Positions 8,940-17,455 are shown, counted from the first letter of the stretch. The stretch is 24,000 nucleotides of DNA from Streptacidiphilus sp. ASG 303 (GCF_020991365.1 NZ_JAJLRA010000044.1:1-24000), one strand, 5' to 3'. Notes: generated by a model not told the origin, from the sequence alone. Numbers and translations: made by a program.

Positions 8940-11120
8940 GTGAGCGGGCAGCACGACCAGGACTCCCCGCCGCGCGGCACCGCGGGCGGGGAGTCGCCGT
9001 CCCGGGGCCCGGCCGCCGCGGACCTCCCGCCGGTGGGCCCCGGCCCGACGGCCCCGGACGACCCCGCGCTCGGGGACGCGCCGTCCGGCGCCAGCCGCAT
9101 ACCGGGCGGCCACCGCGGGATCGCCGCCATGGCCGCCCTCGCCGCCCGCCAGGCCAGACGGCCGTTCCGCCGCGCCGTCGCGCTGTGGCGGCGCTCCATC
9201 CAGCTGCGGGTGGTCGCCACCACGCTGGTGCTGTCGCTGGGCGTGGTGCTGCTCCTCGGCGTGGTGGTGATGGCGCAGGTCCGCACCGGCCTGCTGGACG
9301 CCAAGAAGCACGTGGCGGAGAGCCAGGCCGCCGGCGGCTTCTCGGTCGCGCAGAAGCAGATCGACGCCGCCCGCGACCTCCCGAACAAGGCCGGCAGCGG
9401 CACCGCCCCGGCCGCCGCCGAGGACATCGGCGACTGGATCACCCGGCAGGTCGAGCAGCTGGCCAGCAGCGGCCAGGGCGTGTACTCCGTCGTCGCCCTC
9501 GTGCCGTCCGCCCCCGCCGCGCCGACCACCGACGTGTCCGGGGTGCGCTCCCCGCGCAGCACCGGCAACGTCTCCCCCCAGTCGATCCCCGACGAGCTCC
9601 AGCAGCGGCTGGCGGACCACCCGGGGACCGTCCAGGAGCAGCCGACCGTCATCCGGCGCGACCAGGGCGAGGGGCCGCGCACCGAGGCGGGCCTGGCCAT
9701 CGGCAAGCAGCTGGTGGGCCCCGACAGCACCGCCTACCAGCTCTTCTACGTCTTCCCCTTCGGCCAGGAGAGCAAGACCCTCGGCCTGGTCACCGGCACC
9801 CTGGCCACCGCCGGCGTCTTCGTGGTGGTGCTGCTGGGCGCCATCGCCTGGATGGTGGTCCGGATGGTCGTCACGCCCGTGCGGATGGCCGCCGGGATCT
9901 CCGAACGGCTGGCCGCGGGCCACCTCGACGAGCGGATGAAGGTCACCGGCACGGACGACATCGCCCGGCTCGGCGACTCCTTCAACGAGATGGCCAACGC
10001 CCTGTGGGCGCAGATCCGGCAGCTGGAGGAGCTCTCGCGGGTCCAGCGCCGCTTCGTCTCCGACGTCTCCCACGAGCTGCGCACCCCGCTCACCACCGTC
10101 CGGATGGCCGCCGACCTGCTGTACGAGGGCCGCGAGGACATGGACCCGGCCTCCTCGCGCTCCGCCGAGCTGCTGCAGAGCCAGCTGGACCGCTTCGAGT
10201 CCCTCCTCTCCGACCTGCTGGAGATCAGCCGCTTCGACGCCGGCGCGGCCGTCCTGGACGCCGAGCCCGCCGACCTGCGGGAGATCGTCGCCCGGGTCGT
10301 CGAGGCGGCGGAGCCGCTGGCCCAGGCCAAGGGCAGCGCCCTGCTGGTGCGCGGCGCCGAGGACCCCGTGATGGCGGAGGTCGACCCCCGGCGGATCGAG
10401 CGCATCCTGCGCAACCTGGTCGTCAACGCCCTGGAGCACGGCGAGGGCCGCGACGTGGTGGTCCGGCTGGCCTCCGGGGACGGCTCGGTCGCGGTCGCGG
10501 TGCGCGACCACGGCATCGGCCTCAAGCCCGGCGAGGCGTCGCGGGTCTTCCACCGCTTCTGGCGGGCGGACCCGGCGCGGCAGCGCACCACCGGCGGTAC
10601 CGGCCTCGGCCTGTCCATCGCCCTGGAGGACGCCCACCTGCACGGCGGCTGGCTGCAGGCGTGGGGCGAGCCCGGGGGCGGCTCGCAGTTCCGGCTGACC
10701 GTGCCCCGCACCAGGGGCGCCGAGATCGGGCGCTCGCCGATCCCGCTGGAGCCGGAGGACTCCCTGCACAACCGCGGACTGGGCGCGCCCGGCACCCCGT
10801 ACCGCAGGGTCGCCCGCCCGGCCGGCGGCCGGCCCGCCGACGCGGGGGCCGAGGAGGCGGCGGAGGGCGGCGGGAACGGCTTCGGGCCCGGCCTCGGCGG
10901 GGTGCTCACCATAGGCCCGGGGCTCGGCCCCGGCGGGCGGACGGCCCGCCGACCCTCCGCGGACCCCTCCGACGTCCGGGCGGCCTCCGCGGGGTACGGT
11001 GCGACCGGCGCCCACGTCGTGGTGGAGCGCGGGACGGGACGGCCGGGGGCGGACGGTCCGGGAGCGGCAGGGACGGCCGGGACGGCAGGGGAGGAGCGGG
11101 ACGGTGCGGAGGCGGACTGA
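8940..11120 (+). CDS. mtrB: Sensor histidine kinase MtrB
   Basis: The GTG start lies 1 nt after the mtrA stop. Two TM segments flank an extracytoplasmic loop. HAMP domain (PVRMAAGISERLAAGHLDERMKVTGTDDIARLGDSFNEMA). H-box FVSDVSHELRTPLTTV. N-box LRNLVVNALEHG. G1 VRDHGIGL. G2 GGTGLGLSIA. A long Gly/Pro/Ala-rich C-terminal tail follows. Confidence 0.93.
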   Translation: MSGQHDQDSPPRGTAGGESPSRGPAAADLPPVGPGPTAPDDPALGDAPSGASRIPGGHRGIAAMAALAARQARRPFRRAVALWRRSIQLRVVATTLVLSLGVVLLLGVVVMAQVRTGLLDAKKHVAESQAAGGFSVAQKQIDAARDLPNKAGSGTAPAAAEDIGDWITRQVEQLASSGQGVYSVVALVPSAPAAPTTDVSGVRSPRSTGNVSPQSIPDELQQRLADHPGTVQEQPTVIRRDQGEGPRTEAGLAIGKQLVGPDSTAYQLFYVFPFGQESKTLGLVTGTLATAGVFVVVLLGAIAWMVVRMVVTPVRMAAGISERLAAGHLDERMKVTGTDDIARLGDSFNEMANALWAQIRQLEELSRVQRRFVSDVSHELRTPLTTVRMAADLLYEGREDMDPASSRSAELLQSQLDRFESLLSDLLEISRFDAGAAVLDAEPADLREIVARVVEAAEPLAQAKGSALLVRGAEDPVMAEVDPRRIERILRNLVVNALEHGEGRDVVVRLASGDGSVAVAVRDHGIGLKPGEASRVFHRFWRADPARQRTTGGTGLGLSIALEDAHLHGGWLQAWGEPGGGSQFRLTVPRTRGAEIGRSPIPLEPEDSLHNRGLGAPGTPYRRVARPAGGRPADAGAEEAAEGGGNGFGPGLGGVLTIGPGLGPGGRTARRPSADPSDVRAASAGYGATGAHVVVERGTGRPGADGPGAAGTAGTAGEERDGAEAD

Positions 11121-12978
11121 CCGCGGGGGGGCCGGGCAGGCGGCGGCCGACCGCGCCGTACCGGGCGCCGGCACGCCCGGCGCGGGCCGTACCGGGCGCG
11201 CGGGTCCGGCCTGCGGCCGGATGCTCGCCGCGGTGGTGCCCCTGGTGCTGCTGCTCGCGGGCTGCGCGGCCATGCCGGACAGCGGCGACGCCGCCGAGGT
11301 CAACGCCGCCGAGCACGCGGACGACCAGAACCTCCAGGTGCGGGTCTTCCCCGTGCACCCCCAGAAGGGCCTCGAACCGCAGGAGCTGCTGCGGAACTTC
11401 CTCGACGCGACCATCGGCGACGAGGCCGGGTACACCACGGCGAAGGAGTACCTCACGACGGCGGAGGCCAGGCGCTGGCGCCCCGAGGCGAGGGTCGTGG
11501 TGCTCACCGGCAACCCGGAGGTGCAGCCCGGCACGGCCGGCGCCCGCACCCGGCAGGTGACCGTCCACGGCAGTGCGATGGCCGAGCTGGACGCCAACAA
11601 GACGTTCCGGCCGATGGCCGGGGACTTCCACGCCTCGTTCACCTTCGCCAGGCAGAACGGCGAGTGGCGCATCTCCCGCCTCCCCGACGGCCTGATCCTC
11701 AACGAGACCAACTTCCGCAACGTCTACGAGCGGGTCAGCCGCTACTACTTCGCGGCCGCCGACCCCTCCCGGCCCTCGGCGCGGCAGCCGGTCCTGGTGC
11801 CCGACCCGATCTACCTGCGCCGCCGCATAGACCCGCTCACCGAGGCCGCCAGGGCGCTGGCCGCGGGCCCGTCCCGCTGGCTCGCCCCGGTGGTCTCGTC
11901 GGCCTTCGACGGCGTCTCCGTGCTGTCCCAGAGCACCGCGCCGGACGACGGCGGGACGGCCGAGGTCAAGGTCAGCGCGCGCGACCTGCAGAGCCGTCCG
12001 GAGACCTGCCGGCGGATGGCCGTGCAACTGCTGCGCACCCTCGCCGACCAGGCCGCCGGCATCAGGCGGGTGGTGGTGGCCGACCCCGGGGGGACCCGCG
12101 GCTGCGAGGTCACCGCCGGACAGGCCGACGCCTACTCCCCGGAGCGCGCGGACGACCTGTACTACCAGGACGTCGCCAACGGGCGGCTGCTGCGGCTGTC
12201 CCGCGACGAGGAGTCCGGCGGCACCCCCGTCCCCGGCCCGCTGGGCGCCCCCCAGCAGCAGCCCCGGATGGACCGGGTCGCGGTGCGCCGCGACGGCGGC
12301 CTGGCCGCCGCCGTCGGGCAGGGGGGCCGGGAGCTGTACGAGACGGGCCTCGCGGACGGCGCCAAGCTGCTGCCGACGGGCGTCACCAGCAAGGTGCCGG
12401 ACGGCCTCTCCGAGCCGACCTGGGACGGGTACGGCGACCTGTGGATCGCCGACCGCGACCCCGCCGCGCCGCAGGTCCTCATGGTCCGGGGCGGCCGCCC
12501 CTACCGCGTCGCGGTGCGGGGGCTGGGCGGCCGCACCGTGCAGGGGCTGAGGATCTCCTCGGACGGCATCCGGGTGGCGCTGCTGCTCACGGACGGGCAC
12601 ACGCGGACGGTCGAGATCGGCCTGGTGCGCCGCTCGGGCGGCGCGGAGGCGCCGCAGGCGGTGATCACCGCGCTGCGCCCGGTGGCGCCCCAGCTGGTGG
12701 ACGTCACGGCGGTGTCGTGGTCCGACACCGACGAGCTGGTGGTGCTGGGCAGGGAGGCCGAGGGCGTCAAGCACCCCCAGCTGGTGGGCGTCGACGGTTC
12801 GCACAGCGAGGACACCACGCTCCAGGGGATCGACGGGATGACCACGGTGGCCGCCTCGGAGGACCCGCAGGCACCGGTGTACGCGGACTCCAAGGACCAC
12901 AAGATCTACCGGCTCGGGCCCAACGGGCAGTGGCGGGCGGTGGCCCGCAACGCCATGGCGCCCGCCTACCCGGGCTGA
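11104..12978 (+). CDS. lpqB: LpqB-family lipoprotein (MtrAB accessory)
   Basis: Lipobox LLLAGC|AAMP. The remaining roughly 570 aa match the LpqB pattern (NLQVRVFPVHPQKGLEPQELLRNFLDA..., GerMN-like then beta-propeller-like regions). I chose the GTG at 11104 because it overlaps the mtrB stop and supplies a basic n-region (VRRRTDR...). The ATG at 11221 (MLAAVVPLVLLLAGC) is the alternative. Confidence 0.88.
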   Translation: MRRRTDRGGAGQAAADRAVPGAGTPGAGRTGRAGPACGRMLAAVVPLVLLLAGCAAMPDSGDAAEVNAAEHADDQNLQVRVFPVHPQKGLEPQELLRNFLDATIGDEAGYTTAKEYLTTAEARRWRPEARVVVLTGNPEVQPGTAGARTRQVTVHGSAMAELDANKTFRPMAGDFHASFTFARQNGEWRISRLPDGLILNETNFRNVYERVSRYYFAAADPSRPSARQPVLVPDPIYLRRRIDPLTEAARALAAGPSRWLAPVVSSAFDGVSVLSQSTAPDDGGTAEVKVSARDLQSRPETCRRMAVQLLRTLADQAAGIRRVVVADPGGTRGCEVTAGQADAYSPERADDLYYQDVANGRLLRLSRDEESGGTPVPGPLGAPQQQPRMDRVAVRRDGGLAAAVGQGGRELYETGLADGAKLLPTGVTSKVPDGLSEPTWDGYGDLWIADRDPAAPQVLMVRGGRPYRVAVRGLGGRTVQGLRISSDGIRVALLLTDGHTRTVEIGLVRRSGGAEAPQAVITALRPVAPQLVDVTAVSWSDTDELVVLGREAEGVKHPQLVGVDGSHSEDTTLQGIDGMTTVAASEDPQAPVYADSKDHKIYRLGPNGQWRAVARNAMAPAYPG

Positions 12979-12999
12979 CCGCCTGCCCGGACTGATCGA

Positions 13000-13770
13000 C
13001 TACCCGGGCTGGACCGGGCGAACCCCGGGTCCCGCCCGGCCTCGGCACCTCCGGGGCACCCGCAGGGGGGTGGCCGCGACCGTGGCCGCCCCCGGTACGC
13101 GGACACCCGCGGCCTCCAGGGCCCGCGCGGCCTCGGCGAGGGTGGCACCGGTGGTCACCAGGTCGTCGACCAGGACGGCCCGCCCCGAGCGCAGCGCCGC
13201 CGCGGGTGCCCGGCGCACCGCCAGGGCCCCGGCGAGGTTGCGGCGCCGGTCCGCCGCGCCGAGACCGGCCTGGTCCGCGACGGCGCGGACGGGCCGCAGC
13301 GCCCCGAGCGCGCGTGCGGGCACGCCCGACCGCCGCAGCTCCCGGGCCGCGGCCCGGGCCAGCCGGTGCACGGGGTCGTGGCCGCGGGCGCGCACCGCCC
13401 GGGGCGCGGACGGCACGGGGACCAGCAGGAGCGGCGCGGGGCCGGTCCGGTCCCGGCGGTCCGCCGCCCCCGCCCGGGGCTCCTCGCCCAGGGCGGCCAG
13501 CACGGCTCCGGCCAGGGCGGCGCCCAGCGGGCCGGCCAGGCCGAGCGCACCGCGCTCCTTGTGGGCCAGCAGCAGCCCGCGGACGGGCCCCTCGTACACG
13601 GCGGCCGCGTACACCGGCGGCAGGCCCGGGGGCGGCGGGTCCGGCCGGGCCGGGCGGACCGGGGCGGCGGCCAGGGCGGCCCGGCAGCCGGGGCACAGCC
13701 GGCCGCGGGTGCCGCCGCAGCCGTCGCAGCGTGCGGGCAGCAGCAGGTCGAGCAGGGCGTCCACGGGCAC
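13000..13770 (-). CDS. ComF-family protein (phosphoribosyltransferase domain)
   Basis: 256 aa. GTG start with GGAGGGGG upstream. N-terminal Cys pairs C-x2-C...C-x2-C (PARCDGCGG...LCPGCRAA). C-terminal PRTase motif VLVDDLVTTGATLAEAARAL. Confidence 0.85.
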   Translation of the reverse strand: MPVDALLDLLLPARCDGCGGTRGRLCPGCRAALAAAPVRPARPDPPPPGLPPVYAAAVYEGPVRGLLLAHKERGALGLAGPLGAALAGAVLAALGEEPRAGAADRRDRTGPAPLLLVPVPSAPRAVRARGHDPVHRLARAAARELRRSGVPARALGALRPVRAVADQAGLGAADRRRNLAGALAVRRAPAAALRSGRAVLVDDLVTTGATLAEAARALEAAGVRVPGAATVAATPLRVPRRCRGRAGPGVRPVQPG

Positions 13771-14138
13771 TTCCCCCTCCGTGCGGCGGATGCCGGATGG
13801 CGGGACCAGAGTGCGCGGGTACGGGCGGATCCGCGGCCCTTTTCCCGCACGTTCATCCGAAAGGGGGCCGTTCGCGTCGAACCGGTGTCCAGGCCGCCAT
13901 CGACGGCTATGTTCGGCTTCGGAACGGGTGTCCGAGGGGTGGTGCCCCGCCGTCCGGCCGCCGGGCGCGCACCTCCGTGCGCCGCGCGTCCGCCGGGGAG
14001 GCGGAAACCCCCGGAGGGGTGTTCCATGGGGTTTCAGCCGTCCCTGGTGGGGAGGAAGTGGTGAGGGAAACAGTTCCGGCCGCCGCCCCGGCCGCGGGGT
14101 GAACGCAGGGCGGACGGACTGCGTACTCAGTGGGCCGC

Positions 14139-14155
14139 GCGGGGCCTGGCCCCGC
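14139..14155. promoter_or_regulatory. Perfect 17-bp palindrome GCGGGGCC-T-GGCCCCGC, 31 bp upstream of the hpf start
   Basis: Read directly; 8-bp arms around T14147. It could be a dimeric-regulator site or a 5'-UTR stem. Function not established. Confidence 0.35.
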
Positions 14156-14185
14156 CGGCGTCAGCGCGAGGGAACGGAGTTCTGC

Positions 14186-14878
14186 GTGGACATCGTCGTC
14201 AAGGGCCGCAAGACCGAGGTGCCCGAGAGGTTCCGCAAGCACGTGGCCGAGAAGCTGGAGAAGATCCAGAAGTTCGACGGCAAGGTGATCAGCCTCGACG
14301 TCGAGGTGTCCAAGGAGCGCAACCCGCGCCAGGCGGACCGCAGCGAGCGCGTGGAGATCACGGTGCGCACCCGCGGTCCGGTGATCCGTGCAGAGGCCTG
14401 CGCCGGCGACCCCTACGCCGCGCTGGACATGGCCGCCAACCGGCTCGACGCCCAGCTGCGCAAGGCCGCGGACCGCCGCCGGGTGCACAAGGGAGGCACC
14501 GGCCGCACCCCGATCAGCGTGGCCGAGGCCACCGCGGCGCTGGCCGCACTGCCGGAGACCGCCCCCGCCGCCGAGGAGGAGACCGGGGTGGTGAAGACCC
14601 GCATCGGGTCGCTGGAGGTGGAGGGCGACGGCCCGCTCGTCGTCCGGGAGAAGGTGCACGCCGCCGCGCCGATGGCGCTGGACCAGGCCCTCTACGAGAT
14701 GGAGCTGGTCGGGCACGACTTCTACCTCTTCGTCGACACCGACACCGGGATGCCGAGCGTCGTCTACCGCCGCCACGGCTACAACTACGGCGTCATCCAC
14801 CTGAAGGCCGACGGGTCCGCTCCCGACGGCGAGCTGGGCGGCGCCGGCGGCGCGATCGGCGAGGCGGACGAGGAGTAG
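14186..14878 (+). CDS. hpf: Ribosome hibernation promoting factor, long form
   Basis: GTG start behind GGGAACGGAG. The N-terminal S30AE/RaiA domain is VDIVVKGRKTEVPERFRKHVAEKLEKIQKFDGKVISLDVEVSKERNPRQ...VEITVRTRGPVIRAEACAGDPYAALDMAANRLDAQLRK. A linker follows, then the C-terminal dimerisation domain VVREKVHAAAPMALDQALYEMELVGHDFYLFVDTDTGMPSVVYRRHGYNYGVIHL. Confidence 0.93.
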   Translation: MDIVVKGRKTEVPERFRKHVAEKLEKIQKFDGKVISLDVEVSKERNPRQADRSERVEITVRTRGPVIRAEACAGDPYAALDMAANRLDAQLRKAADRRRVHKGGTGRTPISVAEATAALAALPETAPAAEEETGVVKTRIGSLEVEGDGPLVVREKVHAAAPMALDQALYEMELVGHDFYLFVDTDTGMPSVVYRRHGYNYGVIHLKADGSAPDGELGGAGGAIGEADEE

Positions 14879-15043
14879 CCGGGCCGCGCCGCGCCGGGGC
14901 GCACCCCGGGCACGGTGCAGGTGACGGACCGTCGGCGGGCCGCCGGTCCTGCGGCCCGCCGCGGGACCGGCGCCCCGCCCCGAGGGGTGTCGAGCCGGGC
15001 GGACGGCCGCGGGAGCGGCCCCCGGCCGCCTCCGGCGGGGCAG

Positions 15044-15074
15044 CACGGCGGTGCACCACGGCGGTGCACCACGG
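15044..15074. repeat. 13-bp perfect tandem duplication (GGCGGTGCACCAC x2.4), each copy carrying a GTGCAC palindrome
   Basis: CAC GGCGGTGCACCAC GGCGGTGCACCAC GG read directly. It lies 163-193 bp upstream of the response-regulator ATG. Confidence 0.9.
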
Positions 15075-15236
15075 GCGGGCGCGGCCGCAGGCCCCGCCGG
15101 GGCGCTGCGCAGCCGCACGCCCGCCGTGTGGCCGGACCGCCCGACCACCGTGGAATGATGGCGCCAGCCCCGGTCAGCACAGGGGGCGCCCGACCAGTCA
15201 CGTGGTCCCCGCGCGGGCCACGAGGGGGAGGAGTGG

Positions 15237-16115
15237 ATGGGGGAGCGTTTCAGCACGGGGTCCGCCGGCCGCGGCGGCACGCCGTTCACGGGTCCGTCCG
15301 ACCGGCAGCAGGGGCATGCCCAGGAGGACCGCCCGCCGGTCCAGCCGCAGGGACGGCCCCTCGCACACCTTCCGGGGCACCCCTCGGGCCACTCCGCCGG
15401 TCACCCGTCCGGGTACTCCCCGGAAGGGGCGGAGGACGACGGGCCCCGCGCCGAACCCATCCGGGTGCTCGTGGTGGACGACCACGCCCTCTTCCGGCGC
15501 GGCCTGGAGATCGTCCTCGCGCAGGAGGAGGACATCCAGGTGGTCGGCGAGGCGGGGGACGGCGCCGAAGCCGTGGAGAAGGCCGCCGACCTGCTGCCCG
15601 ACATCATCCTGATGGACGTCCGGATGCCCCGCCGCAGCGGTATCGAGGCCTGCACGGCCATCAAGGACGTGGCGCCCAGCGCCCGGATCATCATGCTGAC
15701 GATCAGTGACGAGGAGGCCGACCTCTACGAGGCGATCAAGGCCGGCGCCACCGGCTACCTCCTCAAGGAGATCTCCACCGACGAGGTCGCCACCGCGATC
15801 AGGGCGGTCGCCGACGGCCAGTCCCAGATCAGCCCCTCCATGGCGGCCAAGCTGCTCACCGAGTTCAAGTCGATGATCCAGCAGCGCTCCGACGACCGGC
15901 CCCTGGTGCCCGCGCCCCGGCTCACCGACCGGGAGCTGGAGGTGCTCAAGCTGGTGGCCACCGGGATGAACAACCGCGACATCGCCAAGAAGCTCTTCAT
16001 CAGCGAGAACACGGTGAAGAACCACGTGCGCAACATCCTGGAGAAGCTCCAGCTGCACTCCCGGATGGAGGCCGTCGTCTACGCCATGCGCGAGAAGATC
16101 CTCGAAATAGGCTGA
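15237..16115 (+). CDS. NarL/LuxR-family response regulator with an N-terminal low-complexity extension (orphan; no adjacent kinase)
   Basis: GGAGGAG lies 5 nt upstream of the ATG at 15237. REC residues: VVDDH, phospho-acceptor ILMDVRMP, MLTISDE, YLLKEIS. LuxR HTH: LTDRELEVLKLVATGMNNRDIAKKLFISENTVKNHVRNILEKL. There is no other in-frame ATG/GTG/TTG before the REC domain except the GTG at 15465, which has no RBS. Confidence 0.88.
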   Translation: MGERFSTGSAGRGGTPFTGPSDRQQGHAQEDRPPVQPQGRPLAHLPGHPSGHSAGHPSGYSPEGAEDDGPRAEPIRVLVVDDHALFRRGLEIVLAQEEDIQVVGEAGDGAEAVEKAADLLPDIILMDVRMPRRSGIEACTAIKDVAPSARIIMLTISDEEADLYEAIKAGATGYLLKEISTDEVATAIRAVADGQSQISPSMAAKLLTEFKSMIQQRSDDRPLVPAPRLTDRELEVLKLVATGMNNRDIAKKLFISENTVKNHVRNILEKLQLHSRMEAVVYAMREKILEIG

Positions 16116-16116
16116 C

Positions 16117-16131
16117 GCGGCGTCACGCCGC
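16117..16131. terminator. Small GC hairpin between convergent genes (possible bidirectional terminator)
   Basis: GCGGCG-TCA-CGCCGC sits in the 43-nt spacer between the regulator stop (16115) and the glycosylase stop (16159). There is no U-tract. Confidence 0.3.
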
Positions 16132-16158
16132 CTGCCGGTGGACCGGGGACCCTCCCGT

Positions 16159-17358
16159 TCAGGCCGTTGCGACGGCCGCGGTGAGGGCGCCCGCCAGGGA
16201 CTCCGGGACCACCCGCTCCACCGTCACCGCGTCGCAGCCCACCCACTCGGCGGCCTCCCGCAGTGCCTGCGCCATGGGGGCGACGGCGGCGGGCGACTCC
16301 ACGGAGGCCTGCCGGGCGACCAGCGTCCGGCCCTCCCGCGCGGGGTCGACCCGCCCCACCAGCCTGCCGCCCGCCAGCAGCGGCATCGCGAAGTAGCCGT
16401 GCACGCGCCTCTCCCGGGGCACGTACGCCTCCAGGCGGTGGGCGAACCCGAAGACCCGCTCGGTGCGCGCCCGGTCCCAGATCAGCGAGTCGAAGGGCGA
16501 GAGCAGGGTGGTCCGGTGCCGCCCCCGGGGCGCGGCCCCCAGCGCGGCCGGGTCCGCCCAGGCCGGTCCGGGGCCGCCGTCGCGCCCCCAGCCCTCCACC
16601 TCCACCGGGACCAGCCCGGAGTCGGCGGCCACCGCGTCCACCTGCTCGGTCCGCAGCCGGTGGTAGTCCGCCAGGTCGGCCCGGGTCGCCACGCCCAGGG
16701 CCGCCCCGGCCTGCCCGACCAGCCGCCGCAGGCAGGTCGCGTCGTCCGGATCCTGCGCCAGCAGCTCCGGCGGCACGGCCCGCTCCGCCAGGTCGTAGAC
16801 GCGCTTCCATCCCCTGCGCTCGGTGCAGACCACCTCGCCGACGTCGAGCAGCCACTCGATGGCGATCTTCGTCTCGGACCAGTCCCACCAGGGGCCGCCC
16901 CGGCGGGCGCCGCCGAGGTCGGTGGCGGTCAGCGGACCGTCGGCGCGCAGCCGGGCCCGCACCTCGGCGCAGGACCGCGCGGCGTCCTCCATCCGGTGCC
17001 AGCGGTGGCCCCGGGAGGTGAACGCCCGCCGCCGGAAGGCGAAGAGCGGCCACTCCTCCACCGGCAGGACGCAGGCGGCGTGCGACCAGTACTCGAAGGC
17101 GGCACCGCCCCAGTACGCCTCCTCCACCGCGCCGCGGCCCACCGCGCCGAGCCGTGCGTACGGCACCAGTTCGTGCGAGCGGGCCAGGACCGAGATGGTG
17201 TCCAGCTGGACCGCGCCGAGCCGGCGCAGCACCCCGCGCACCCCGCCCCGCCGGTCGGGCGCGCCCAGCAGCCCCTGGGCGCGCAGGGCGATCCGGCGGG
17301 CGTCCCCGGCGGAGAGGGCGGCGGCGGGCTTCGGCGTCGGAGGCGCTGCGGAGGTCAT
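16159..17358 (-). CDS. Winged-helix DNA glycosylase of the YcaQ/AlkZ-like family (DUF1006)
   Basis: I place the start at the ATG at 17358 (MTSAAPPTPKP...); the upstream 43 codons of the track ORF are Arg/Pro-rich junk. LSAGDARRIALRAQGL..., LGAVQLDTISVLARSHELVPYARLG and FEYWSHAACVLPVEEWPLF match the family. The QLD triplet fits the Q-phi-D catalytic motif of the YcaQ subgroup. Confidence 0.85.
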   Translation of the reverse strand: MTSAAPPTPKPAAALSAGDARRIALRAQGLLGAPDRRGGVRGVLRRLGAVQLDTISVLARSHELVPYARLGAVGRGAVEEAYWGGAAFEYWSHAACVLPVEEWPLFAFRRRAFTSRGHRWHRMEDAARSCAEVRARLRADGPLTATDLGGARRGGPWWDWSETKIAIEWLLDVGEVVCTERRGWKRVYDLAERAVPPELLAQDPDDATCLRRLVGQAGAALGVATRADLADYHRLRTEQVDAVAADSGLVPVEVEGWGRDGGPGPAWADPAALGAAPRGRHRTTLLSPFDSLIWDRARTERVFGFAHRLEAYVPRERRVHGYFAMPLLAGGRLVGRVDPAREGRTLVARQASVESPAAVAPMAQALREAAEWVGCDAVTVERVVPESLAGALTAAVATA

Positions 17359-17420
17359 GCCCCGCAGCGTAGGGGCAGCCCCGGACAACCGGGCCGTCCC
17401 CGCCGGGGGAGGACCCGCGG

Positions 17421-17455
17421 GCCGGGGCCGCCGGGGCCGCCGGGGCCGTCGGGCC
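17421..17455. repeat. 9-bp tandem repeat GCCGGGGCC x3 plus one degenerate copy
   Basis: GCCGGGGCC GCCGGGGCC GCCGGGGCC GTCGGGCC read directly, upstream of the glycosylase gene. Confidence 0.9.

Noticed and set aside
8832-12900. 962-aa and 664-aa minus-strand ORFs opposite mtrB and lpqB, plus the 791-aa and 443-aa plus-strand off-frame ORFs
   Set aside because: They are antisense or off-frame shadows of mtrB and lpqB, both of which have clear catalytic or lipobox motifs. None contains a recognisable domain.
13797-13822. GGGTAC hexamer (13817-13822) as a SigB-like -10 element for hpf
   Set aside because: The upstream -35 match (GNNTN) is trivial and its spacing is off. The site is about 365 bp from the hpf start and next to the comF start codon. 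The evidence is insufficient to call a promoter.
13908-14064. 52-codon plus-strand ORF (MFGFGTGVRGVVPRR...) in the comF-hpf spacer, as a candidate small protein
   Set aside because: It has no convincing RBS. It uses several codons that are rare for this genome (GGA, CGA, GGT, AGG, AAA, TTT, TGT). Its sequence is Arg/Pro/Gly-rich like the neighbouring shadow frames. It is more likely regulatory DNA.
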